Origin: Dehalococcoidia bacterium
GTDB taxonomy: Bacteria > Chloroflexota > Dehalococcoidia > Lucifugimonadales > UBA3495
NCBI GenBank assembly: GCA_965249145.1
Contig: OZ252223.1
Location: 1,673,757-1,737,756, forward strand
Direction of reading: 5' to 3'
Length of the DNA stretch: 64,000 nucleotides
Part shown: positions 47,336 through 56,454 of the stretch, piece by piece
Layout: each line of letters begins with the position of its first letter
Numbering within the stretch: position 1 is the stretch's first letter
The notes under the pieces: model-generated
Databases searched by the model: none
Told to the model about the DNA's origin: nothing
Seen by the model: the letters and a program-made list of their open reading frames with translations, nothing else
Position numbers and translations under genes: made by a program

Positions 47336-48700
47336 ATGAATTTTCACCGGACCGCGCGCGATGATGCTCGGGCGGGCGGGGGTGATGACCTTGATTTGGC
47401 TTCACCGATTGATCGCCCCGCGCCATCGCTAGGTGGCTTGCTGCTCGTCTCCCTGTTGGTGATGTTGAACCTGCCGATGACCTTCACCTTACTTACCGGA
47501 ACAGACCCATACGGCTTCTTCACACTAGAGTCCGTATCGGCCTATCCTCTGCCGCTCGTTCTGTCTACCGGGCTGAGTTCGGCCCTTGCCCTTGTGGGGT
47601 ACGTTGGTTATCGCTGGCTGCGGAGGCGTCAGCTGTGGTTCACAGGAGTTCATTGGAGTCCGATCGCGAGGGGCGCGGTATTGTGTGGGCCGCCTGTGCT
47701 TCTCGCATACCTACCGATCATCGTCCTATCGAGCCACGGGTGGAAGCCAACTCATTTGGCGTTGGGAGCGGTGATTGCCGGAGCGCTAGCCGTCACCCAC
47801 TGCCTTAGAGACGAGGAGATGCACCTGGATCCAGCGATGGGCAGATACTGGTTCATCTGCATTCTAGGCTCGATCCTTGTGTTCCTCGTCCTCTGCATTG
47901 GCGCAATGATCGTGCTGTACGAGGTCGAGCAGTTCCCCGCGTCCGGCAATATCCTGTGGGCATGGGAATACCGCTGGTCAGAACTAGGGTATCCCCCAGA
48001 AGAGTATGACACACGGCACCGCGACGGTCTCCTGGCCTTTACGGCGATTGGAGTGGGTTTCATGATCGCGGCGCTCGGTGGGAGCATGATGGCGGCGCTC
48101 CTCAGGTGGACGCGTTCGCCCGACTCGGTAATCTCGAATTCACTGGACACTCACCGGCTTCAGGACGCCCCTCCGTGGGTCACGGAAATCGGTAGTCAAC
48201 TGGATGCGCTCGAACCACCCGCTCCGGGTGAATCCAGGTATGCCGCTCTTTTCAGCGGCTACAGGATCGACATCACTGGCAGCCAGTACGAGTGCTTGGC
48301 CGCTCTCAAGGATGATCTGCTGAACGGCGTCGATTTGATTGTCGACAGGGTCGCGGGCGACGTTTTCGTTCAGAGCGCCGGGACTTGGACACGGCTCGAC
48401 TTCCGCGTCCGAGGTCGATCGGGCGGCACATGGAGCGGTCCGTTCTTGCTATTATGCATATTGGCACGGCACCCAGGCCGGAGATTCGCGAGCGCCGAGC
48501 TGCGGGTCCTTCTGGAGTCCGAGCTTGCCGACCGGGCTTGGTTCAACGTGGGTGACTTCATCGCACAGCTTCAGCGGAGACGTCGTCTCCCTGTAGGGCG
48601 AGATGAAAGGGGTTCATTCTTACAAGAGAGTATCAGGGTATGCCTATTGGAGCATCAACGGAAACCGGTTGAGCGCCATCCCGAGCAAGCCAACGAGTAG
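47336..48700 (+). CDS. polytopic membrane protein with C-terminal OmpR/PhoB-type winged-helix-like domain
   Basis: 454 aa. Several hydrophobic helices in the first ~260 aa. The C-terminal FLLLCILARHPGRRFASAELRVLLES...VGDFIAQLQRRRR resembles the trans_reg_C pattern. The start is uncertain. Confidence 0.55.
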   Translation: MNFHRTARDDARAGGGDDLDLASPIDRPAPSLGGLLLVSLLVMLNLPMTFTLLTGTDPYGFFTLESVSAYPLPLVLSTGLSSALALVGYVGYRWLRRRQLWFTGVHWSPIARGAVLCGPPVLLAYLPIIVLSSHGWKPTHLALGAVIAGALAVTHCLRDEEMHLDPAMGRYWFICILGSILVFLVLCIGAMIVLYEVEQFPASGNILWAWEYRWSELGYPPEEYDTRHRDGLLAFTAIGVGFMIAALGGSMMAALLRWTRSPDSVISNSLDTHRLQDAPPWVTEIGSQLDALEPPAPGESRYAALFSGYRIDITGSQYECLAALKDDLLNGVDLIVDRVAGDVFVQSAGTWTRLDFRVRGRSGGTWSGPFLLLCILARHPGRRFASAELRVLLESELADRAWFNVGDFIAQLQRRRRLPVGRDERGSFLQESIRVCLLEHQRKPVERHPEQANE

Positions 48701-48891
48701 TTGTAACAACCACAGCAGTCACTGGTAATAGTTGCGACCCACTCCGCCCTTGGAAGGAGGGCCGGAATTCGTAGCCATTCCACCTCTACGCCTATCCTAT
48801 CCCTGTCCTACCTCTGTTAGGGTTCTTTGTCCCTTCTCCGGTCAGCAATAATTCCCTGCAGGCTTTGTTCCTCGAGTTAAGCCAAGGGGGT

Positions 48892-49179
48892 ATGGCCGTG
48901 AACGATATTGTGCTTCAGAACGCAGCGGAGTACGACCGGCGTAAGGGTACCCTGGTCTTGACCAGAGAGGGGATCCACTTCGTCGAAATCAGCCGCACCG
49001 GGTCCGGACAAGCCTTGTTCTACGTTCCCAGTGAGGACCTCGCTGCGGAGCTTGAAGGGATGTTTAGCAAGCGAGTCAAAGTAATCAATACAAGTGATGA
49101 TGAGACGCACGTTGTTAAGGTGGCGAACGCCGAAGGATGGGTGCGGACAATCGCGACCTTGAAATTGGAGGCCCGATAA
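48892..49179 (+). CDS. small PH/GRAM-like domain protein 1
   Basis: ATG at 48892 after AAGGGGG. KGTLVLTREGIHFVE strand motif and a C-terminal helix WVRTIATL. Confidence 0.5.
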   Translation: MAVNDIVLQNAAEYDRRKGTLVLTREGIHFVEISRTGSGQALFYVPSEDLAAELEGMFSKRVKVINTSDDETHVVKVANAEGWVRTIATLKLEAR

Positions 49180-49502
49180 TGGCGATTTACCGAGGTGGCG
49201 AGAGACTCATAAAAGAAGCATCGGCGAGGGAGGCGGACATCAACGTCTCCGGGACCCTCTCCCTCACCAATCAGCGGTTGATCTTCGAGAGGGTAGAGGG
49301 CTTGTTTAGCAAGAAACGGAGCACCCATTTCGATATCGCGCTGGACTACATACGGGGTGTTGCAACAGAAGGCTTTTTTTCCAAGTCGCTGACCGTGGAA
49401 ATATCGGATGGCGGAGAATTTGTCCAGTACAAGTTCTCGATTCCCGGGGCTGAAGAGTGGGAGGCTGAAATCAGGACCGCTGTGCAACAGTACGATGATT
49501 GA
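49179..49502 (+). CDS. small PH/GRAM-like domain protein 2
   Basis: The ATG overlaps the upstream stop (TAATG). SGTLSLTNQRLIFERVEGLFSKK..HFDIALDYIRGV and a C-terminal helix EEWEAEIRTAV. Confidence 0.55.
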   Translation: MAIYRGGERLIKEASAREADINVSGTLSLTNQRLIFERVEGLFSKKRSTHFDIALDYIRGVATEGFFSKSLTVEISDGGEFVQYKFSIPGAEEWEAEIRTAVQQYDD

Positions 49503-49702
49503 GTAGCGGACGGCGGAGTCCCCGGGGTGGATGGTCTTGCTCTCGGAGAAAATCTTGCATCTTAGCGACTGACCCATCACCGCCGATTTGGTTACCCGCG
49601 CCGGACCCTCATGTCTACGGTCCGCTCGGTACCACGGTCAACCGCGAGCTCAGCCAATGCATGTGCCGAACAAATGTATGGGATTAAGGGACAGGAGGCG
49701 TC

Positions 49703-50230
49703 ATGCCATTAACCTTGGCTCCAGGAGAAACAACACGCCATGAGGCAAGGGGTAAGAAACTGAGAGTTTGGGTAACAAACCGGCGCCTTGTCGTCGAAGA
49801 GTCAGGACTGGGAGGCTCTGCTCTTACCTCGCTGCCCCTGGAGAAGATTGACCATGTTCTGTACGCCCGCACCAGTAGGCTCAGATGGCTAGTGATTGGG
49901 GCGATTCTCGGTATCGTTGGCCTTGTTACGCTCAGTGAAAATAGTAATGGCGGTGGGGGGTTAATCGCTGTCGGCGCAGTCTTTGTGATCATTTACTTCC
50001 TGAGCCGCAGGCAACGAGTGGTATTCGCGACACAGGGGAGCGAGATTAGCTTGGAAGCCAAGGGTTTTGGGGCAAACGCGATCGAGAGTTTCCTTTCCGC
50101 TGTCGAATCGGCCCGTCAGGCCCACCCTCAGGTAGCTGCGGCACCCAGGCCGGCGCCCGAGACACGCGGCCCCGAGACACGCGGCCCAAGGCCATCGGCT
50201 TCTCCCCCCAGAGTCGAGGTGGCCGAGTAG
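49703..50230 (+). CDS. PH-like protein with an inserted transmembrane hairpin and Pro-rich tail
   Basis: AGGAGG RBS. KLRVWVTNRRLVVEE..LPLEKIDHVLY, then two hydrophobic helices, then VVFATQGSEISLEAK and the helix IESFLSAVESA. A tandem PETRG PETRG is also present. Confidence 0.55.
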   Translation: MPLTLAPGETTRHEARGKKLRVWVTNRRLVVEESGLGGSALTSLPLEKIDHVLYARTSRLRWLVIGAILGIVGLVTLSENSNGGGGLIAVGAVFVIIYFLSRRQRVVFATQGSEISLEAKGFGANAIESFLSAVESARQAHPQVAAAPRPAPETRGPETRGPRPSASPPRVEVAE

Positions 50231-50251
50231 GCAGAGGATAGTCAGCGCATT

Positions 50252-50677
50252 ATGTTTGACTGGTTTTACAGGCTTGAGTACGAGTTCTACTACCATACCT
50301 ACGACTGGCTCTCTTTCGTGTATGAATGGATTCCGGCCAGGTATGTTTTCATTATCGTGCTACTGCTCATCGGGAGCGCCATATTCTACCTGGCCAGGCG
50401 ATTCCGAGGTGGGGGTCCCATTGGGTTCGGGAGCATGGGGACAGCCGGAAGAATTGACCGGAACTCTCCCCAAGAAGGGCAGCCCAATCCGACACCGGCC
50501 GCCATAGCTGTTGAACCACCACCGCTGGATGAGCTGGAGCAGCAGATCCTGGAGCGAGTGATCGCGGGCGCCAACCAGTTATCGGTCTCGAGTCTGGCGG
50601 AGGAGTTGGAGGTCCCGGCTGAGGAGATTCGGGCTGCCCTCGACGGCTTGGCAGAGAAAGGGCACATCATGCTGTGA
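50252..50677 (+). CDS. single-pass membrane protein with C-terminal winged-helix-like domain
   Basis: TM segment YVFIIVLLLIGSAIFYLA. The C-terminal LEQQILERVIAGANQLSVSSLAEELEVPAEEIRAALDGLAEKGHI resembles a MarR/wHTH unit. Confidence 0.5.
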   Translation: MFDWFYRLEYEFYYHTYDWLSFVYEWIPARYVFIIVLLLIGSAIFYLARRFRGGGPIGFGSMGTAGRIDRNSPQEGQPNPTPAAIAVEPPPLDELEQQILERVIAGANQLSVSSLAEELEVPAEEIRAALDGLAEKGHIML

Positions 50678-50949
50678 AGCATGTTGGGCCACCTTAAAAA
50701 TTTCCTCCGCGATGATCGTTGTCGTAGGTAGGCGCGTCCTGAATAGTCGTCACCAGTTTCGAATGGACGATCCGGGGGTCCTCCGACGCGCCTGGACTCC
50801 CTAGATAGCTCTTCAGTAGGGATGACGGCCATGGATGGAATTCCATGCACGAGACCGCAGTCTTGGGTCTATATCCAACTCGCACCGGCTGACGGAACTC
50901 GGACTAGGGGTGGGACTGGCCGAACTGGGATCGTTAAAGGGGGTTATTG

Positions 50950-52128
50950 ATGGCTCTGCGAACAGCATGGGCTCAGCTAATTCGGCGCTTGGCTTACGGG
51001 GTCTTGGCTGCCTTGACCGCCGGCGGCCTTGCCGCCTGCGGTGGGGGTTCTACAGCCGGGGATGGAATCGCGGGGCTGTTGGCGCTGGTTCCCGACACCT
51101 CCGAAACCCGTCAGTTCGTCGCCGTCAATGATTACGCCAAGGCCCGCGACGCCTTCGCCATACCCCTGCCGGGCGACAGCGCCGACGAAGAGGATATATC
51201 CGACTACATAGCGGCGGTCCTTTCGGGTCAGACAGGGGTGATGCCGGGTCCATGGATCAGCGGCTTCAGCGAGCACGGATTTGCCTTCCCTGACAACCGC
51301 GAACATCTGGGGTTCGACGTGCGAAATGTCGAATTCAGCATCATGGCAGGATTCCCTCCCGGTGTTTTGGAGGTGGTCAAAGGGCGATTCAATCCGCAGG
51401 CTACGGAGCGGGTCATCGAAGGATGCTCGGAATGTCCTCCTCCGGAAAGAAAGGAAGTCGAGGGGACCGAATTCTACAGCTGGTTCGGAGACCACGAGAT
51501 GTCTCTCCAAGACCGCCTCAGACCCCCCGCGTTCGATGCACTGGGCAGAGGCGGGCGGATCGCGGTGCTGGATTCTCTGGTCTTCCGGACCGTGGAGACC
51601 CCTGGAATGAGAGCCTTAATTCGGACGTTCCGGGGGAAGGAAGACTCGTTGGCAGATGATTCGGACCTGGCATTGGCCGCTGAGAAGATGGACAGTCTCG
51701 AAGTCTATTCCGGGCTGCTGATTGGCGACACGGCGTCCCTTGGCGCGGATGCCGTGATTGAAGGCCTCTGCGCCAACGTCAGCTCGCGGGAGTGCCGTCA
51801 GATCGAGGATGCGATTACCGGGGGAGTCGGCCCACTTGACGAATATGAGGCTCTGGGGGCCGGGGTTGGAAGAGACGAGGATGGCACGTTCAACGCCGTG
51901 ATTTTCGTGTACGGCAGCGAGGATGCCGCGAAGCGCAATGCCCGGCAATTCGAGGAGCTGCTAGAGCAAGGAGAAAGCATCCTCGCTCGCCGCTCATGGA
52001 GCGAGATCGTGCTCGATGCCGATGTGTGGGCGGAAGACAGGACTGTCATAGGAAAGCTGAGGTCGATAAGCCCGGCACTCTGGGTGCAGGCAGTACATGC
52101 TCGGGACTCGCTGTATATGCACGAATAG
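50950..52128 (+). CDS. hypothetical lipoprotein
   Basis: ATG at 50950 after AAGGGGG. Signal peptide with lipobox LAACGG. No recognised domain. Confidence 0.6.
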   Translation: MALRTAWAQLIRRLAYGVLAALTAGGLAACGGGSTAGDGIAGLLALVPDTSETRQFVAVNDYAKARDAFAIPLPGDSADEEDISDYIAAVLSGQTGVMPGPWISGFSEHGFAFPDNREHLGFDVRNVEFSIMAGFPPGVLEVVKGRFNPQATERVIEGCSECPPPERKEVEGTEFYSWFGDHEMSLQDRLRPPAFDALGRGGRIAVLDSLVFRTVETPGMRALIRTFRGKEDSLADDSDLALAAEKMDSLEVYSGLLIGDTASLGADAVIEGLCANVSSRECRQIEDAITGGVGPLDEYEALGAGVGRDEDGTFNAVIFVYGSEDAAKRNARQFEELLEQGESILARRSWSEIVLDADVWAEDRTVIGKLRSISPALWVQAVHARDSLYMHE

Positions 52129-52134
52129 CCACTG

Positions 52135-52449
52135 ATGGCTAGAGCCCATGTCTATAGCGGAGCCGACGGGACCCACTGCGCCTCCGGCGACACCCAGCCT
52201 AGCGGCCACGGGGCCACCGTTCAGGCTCTGGGTGACATCGCCAATTTTAACCTTGAACTCGCCGATGCTGTTGCAGCGTACCCTTGGGTAAGAGACGGGA
52301 TCAGTGGGCGAGCGGGCCGGGCTGTCGAGAGTCTCAAGGGTATGGGGTCAAATTACAGTGCACTGGCCCAACTGTTGGAACAACCATGGTTCACTGACGG
52401 AATTGATGACGAAGAATTCGTATTTATCGGGATCCCGGACGTTGCGTAG
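52135..52449 (+). CDS. hypothetical protein, probably a fragment
   Basis: 104 aa with PWVRDGI / PWFTDGI repeat units. A further in-frame-shifted remnant (YYSGLVESHYALANTPPGLEDDF...) follows up to about 52590. Confidence 0.35.
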   Translation: MARAHVYSGADGTHCASGDTQPSGHGATVQALGDIANFNLELADAVAAYPWVRDGISGRAGRAVESLKGMGSNYSALAQLLEQPWFTDGIDDEEFVFIGIPDVA

Positions 52450-52831
52450 GATACTACTGGCTTGAACTATTATTCGGGTTTGGTTGAAAGCCACTATGCT
52501 CTAGCCAACACTCCGCCCGGGCTTGAAGACGATTTTCGCGATGTGTACGGTCGGATCCATGGCGGACCGTACGCCGACCCGGAGAAGTAGTGCTGTGCCG
52601 ACCAAGTTCTGAAGTGTTGATACGTCCGTTCCGGTCGCCTGAAGTGCAGAATGAAGTGCCCCACGGTTATGTACACCAAAGGCCGACTCTGCCTCGCTTC
52701 TCAAGCCGATGCTAGGGTCGTCTGCACTAGAAACCCGGACGGAAACCCCTTGTTTTGAAGAGTGAATCCGGCATCAGGAGCGGCGCGGTCACGGCTGTCC
52801 CGCGAGCCCACCCTAACCGGGCAGGGCCCGG

Positions 52832-54478
52832 TTAGGCGGCACGGTTCGGGGTTCCCGCCCCGGTATTGGCGCCTATTCCCGCCTTGGCCGCGATCAGGGT
52901 CAGGTTCGCCACCGTGGACGCCAGGTATAGCTGGAACCGGGTCTTGATGCGACCGAAGTAGCGGGACTGACGGACCCCCAACTGGACCATCCGGGCCAGC
53001 CGGTGCTCCACCACGACCCGTCGCCGTCGATACTCGGCAAAGGCTTCGCTCTGCTGGAGGGCGCGTGCCTCCTGCAAAAGGGCTTCTTGGGGGTGTAGCC
53101 GCACCGTCCGGCCGATGCCCGGTCCCGCCGCGACACATTGGGCCCGCAGCGGGCACGCTCCACACACCGCCCCGCCGAACTGGAAACCTTCCAGCTTGTG
53201 ATTTCGGCCCGTCAAGTCGGTCCGCCGCTCCGCCTTGCGCATCTTGCCGGTAACCTGCCCAGCCGGACAGGTGCAGGTCCCAGCCTCCAGGTCAATCCTG
53301 AAGTCCTCCTTGGGGAAGTGGGACCTGTTGGGACGTCCGGGCACCTTGGCAATCAGCCGGCGTCCGGCGTCGGCGAAAGCCTGACGGGTGCCTCCATCTC
53401 CGTACGCCGTGTCGCCCATGGCCTCCGCCACCGGCACACCGGTGCTGGCCTCGCTCTGCTCCACCAGTTCCAGCGCGCCGGCGCTGTCCCAAGCGTTGCC
53501 GGCCAGAACGTCCACGGCGGTGATCAGTTGGGAATCGGTGTCCACCACCACCGCCGCCTTGTGCCCGTCGAACCGCTTGCTGCTGCTCTTGTGGCCGTGG
53601 CGCATCTCCGGGTCGTGGACCGACAATATCCGGTCCTTGCTCACCCCTGTCTTTAGGCCAACTTCCCCACCGGACCGTTCCACGTCCTGGAGCAGCAACT
53701 GCCCCAGCAGCTCCGCCGCGTTCACGATTCCCTGCCGCTCAACGCTCTCCTCAGGCAATTCCCGCCGCGCCTGCCGCGCCAGTCCCAACAGCCGGTCCGC
53801 GTCAGCCACGATCGATGCCAGCAGGGACGCCCGCGCCCGCTGGTCCGCCCAGTCGATGGCCGCCTCACCCTTCACGCTGGAGCCGGTGTACCGCCCATAG
53901 TCGTGGAATTCAGCCCACTCTTTGACGGAGGACTTCTCCACGGCTGCCAGCGCCCGCAACAGCTTGACGATCCCGTCCGCCACCAGGTTGCAGGTATCCT
54001 TGACTGCGCCCCGGCCCAGGATGTACGTCGTGTCCAATGCCACCCTCATGCCACGTCTTTTCAGGTAGCCGGACTTCCGGGCCAGCCGCAGGCTGGATTC
54101 GAATACCTGGCGCACCTTGTCGTGGAGGACCAACTGCGCGCGGAATACCTGTAGCGTGCTCTTGGCGAAGGGCCGGTCTTCAACCTCAATCCCCAAGGCC
54201 ACTTTCCAACGGATGTCGAAGTCGGCCCTGGCCTTGGCTTCGGCGTCGCTCACCTTGTCGTAGCACTGGAGCAGAAGCGCCGTCGCCAGCTGGCTGGGCG
54301 GCACGCTCTCGCGCCCGTTGTCGGGACAGTAGAACTCGGCAAAGTCAGCATCCCGGAACAACTGCCCACGCAGCGAGGCCAGCACACCGTAGAAGGTGTC
54401 CCGCCCCACATGGTCGAGGTACAACCGGTCGGCTTCCCAGAGGCCCCTTTGATCAGACCGCTCTCCCAGCATCCCCAC
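52832..54478 (-). CDS. DDE transposase, IS5/IS1182 superfamily (DUF772-type N-terminus, Cys motif, DDE_Tnp_1-type C-terminus)
   Basis: 548 aa, apparently intact. NGRESVPPSQLATALLLQCYDKVSDAEA, CGACPLRAQC and VVVEHRLARMVQLGVRQSRYFG motifs. Element ends are unresolved (see findings). Confidence 0.85.
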   Translation of the reverse strand: MGMLGERSDQRGLWEADRLYLDHVGRDTFYGVLASLRGQLFRDADFAEFYCPDNGRESVPPSQLATALLLQCYDKVSDAEAKARADFDIRWKVALGIEVEDRPFAKSTLQVFRAQLVLHDKVRQVFESSLRLARKSGYLKRRGMRVALDTTYILGRGAVKDTCNLVADGIVKLLRALAAVEKSSVKEWAEFHDYGRYTGSSVKGEAAIDWADQRARASLLASIVADADRLLGLARQARRELPEESVERQGIVNAAELLGQLLLQDVERSGGEVGLKTGVSKDRILSVHDPEMRHGHKSSSKRFDGHKAAVVVDTDSQLITAVDVLAGNAWDSAGALELVEQSEASTGVPVAEAMGDTAYGDGGTRQAFADAGRRLIAKVPGRPNRSHFPKEDFRIDLEAGTCTCPAGQVTGKMRKAERRTDLTGRNHKLEGFQFGGAVCGACPLRAQCVAAGPGIGRTVRLHPQEALLQEARALQQSEAFAEYRRRRVVVEHRLARMVQLGVRQSRYFGRIKTRFQLYLASTVANLTLIAAKAGIGANTGAGTPNRAA

Positions 54479-54622
54479 CCCTTACCTTCCCGTATCATCC
54501 CAAGTATAGCCGCTCCGGCTGCCGCCACTTTCCGGCCGGGTCTCTAGGAGTCTGTCCGACGATTCGGTAGTGGTTGGCGATGGCGGTGGGTGGGCCGGTG
54601 CGAAGTGACGGCTGCGGGCCGG

Positions 54623-55165
54623 TGACCGGCAGGGTGCAGGTCCCGGTTAATTGGTTTACTGGCCGCGGAGCCTACGCGGCATACGCCGGGTTGGCCCGCC
54701 ACAGCTTCAGCAGGTTGTGGGTCAGGGCCACCAGGGTGAATTCGCCGGCCACCTTGCCTATGCCCCGGAGCAGGAATTGCCTAAAGCCCCGGACCTGTTT
54801 GATCAGCCCGAAAACCGGCTCGGTGATGGCCTTGCGCCGGGCGTAGACCGCCTTCCCCTCTGGGGTCTGCAGCTTGGCCCGCATCGCGGCCCTGAGGGGC
54901 GTACGGGTCCGCACCCGGCCGCCGCTGACCGGCAGGGTGCAGGTCCCGGTTATTGGTTTACTGCCTACGCGGCATACGCCGGGTTGGCCCGCCACAGCTT
55001 CAGCAGGTTGTGGGTCAGGGCCCCAGGGTGAATTCGCCGGCCACTTGCCTATGCCCCGGAGCGCCTAAAGCCCCGGACCTGTTTGATCAGCCCGAAAACC
55101 GGCTCGGTGATGGCCTTCGGGCGTAGAGCTGCAGCTTGGCCCGCATCGCGGCCCTGAGCGGGTCC
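54623..55165. repeat. tandem direct duplication (about 303-bp unit) of the transposase 3' end; the second copy is decayed
   Basis: TGACCGGCAGGGTGCAGGTCCCGGTTA occurs at 54623 and 54926. Copy 2 follows copy 1 colinearly but carries several small deletions. Confidence 0.8.
54672..54995 (-). pseudogene. IS1182 transposase C-terminal fragment
   Basis: RRKAITEPVFGLIKQVRGFRQFLLRGIGKVAGEFTLVALTHNLLKL is the conserved C-terminal DDE_Tnp_1_6-type motif. Confidence 0.7.
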
Positions 55166-56270
55166 GCAGCCGCTCCCGGTAGTGTCTCTCCCTTCCCGTC
55201 GCTCGATCCTCTTTCCAGCCAATAGCCCCAGGTCCCGTTCGCTGCCCCGCATCGGCGGTGAAACGTTGGGGACGCCGCTCCCCCTCGAGCAGTCCCAGGC
55301 TGGCCAGGTTCCGCTCCATCAGTTCCAGCACGGGTGCCAGCCGGGGGCTGTCGGCGCTCTGGGCGCTCACCTCCTGGGCCACGATCACCCCGCTCTCCTC
55401 CTCCACCAGCACCTGGGCGTTGTACCCTTGCACCCAGCCGTGGGAACTCTTCATGATCCGGCTGTCCGGGTCGGTGAAGTTGCTCTGCTCCTTGGGGCCG
55501 GGCACCGCCTTGGCCGCCGCCTCTTCGGTCTCGGCCTCGCTGGCTCCCCTGGCTTCGGCCCGGCCCTTGGCCCTGGCCTTGGCCTTGGCACGCTCTTCAA
55601 GCCTCGCCTTGGCCTCCCTCAGCTTGGCCAGACGGCTCTCCCGTCTCTGCAGCTCTGCGGGCAGCTCGTCCTCCCGGTACTCCGGGCCGAACTCCTCGTC
55701 CTCGGCCTCGTCAATCTCCTGGGCCCGGCGCAGCATCTCCTTTACCTCGGTCTCCAGCCGCAGCCCGGTCTCCAAGATCCGCCCGTAGCTCATCGCCTTG
55801 TGCTTGGACGCGTTGGCCTGGTACTTGCTACCGTCCAATGAGAGGTGTCCCAGCTTGAGCAACCCCGCCTCCCGGCACAGCCGCAATACCTCCAAGAACA
55901 GCCCCTCAAAGGCTTCCAAGTGGTTCTTCCGAAAGTCGGACACCGTGCGGAAATCGGGGAACTGGCCTCCGGAGAGCACCCTAAAGGCCACGTCGCTCTC
56001 ACAGGCCGAGGCTATCTTCCGGGAACTGTAGACCCCCCGGCAGTAGCCGTAGAGCAGCACGGTCAAAAGCATCCGGGGATGATAGGCCCGGGGGCCCCGG
56101 CCCTTCCGGTAGCGCCGGGTGATCTTCTTCAGGTCCACCATCCCCACCGCCTCTTCCAAAAACAGGGCCAGGTGCCCCTTGGGCAGCCACTGCCGGGGCT
56201 CTTGCGGCAACAGATAGGTTTGGTCCAGCGAGTAGTCCCGAAATCCCTTGGCCATCTTCCACCTCCCCAC
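55065..56270 (-). pseudogene. IS1182 transposase N-terminal and coiled-coil part, truncated after the ADAG motif
   Basis: MAKGFRDYSLDQTYLLPQEPRQWLPKGHLALF..FTDPDSRIMKSSHGWVQGYNAQ..FTADAG, then out-of-family sequence. The central catalytic part is missing. Confidence 0.75.
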
Positions 56271-56454
56271 TACGGCGCCCTCAGTCTATCCGCCGGGCTA
56301 ATGCCGCCAACACCCCCCTCAAACCCGGTCAATCAGGAAATATCGGACAGACTCCTAGAGACCCGGGAAGTCCAAAACACCAAAGCCGAGGCTAAGCATG
56401 GAATAAGTGTCGTGAAGCCTATCTTATGAGTCGCCTACTAAGCATCGGAGTTCG

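Larger units (their letters stand above)
54536..56366 (-). mobile_element. defective IS1182-family element bounded by perfect 24-bp inverted repeats
   Basis: CCGGGTCTCTAGGAGTCTGTCCGA at 54536-54559 and its exact reverse complement at 56343-56366. The interior holds a broken IS1182-type transposase gene. Confidence 0.6.
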
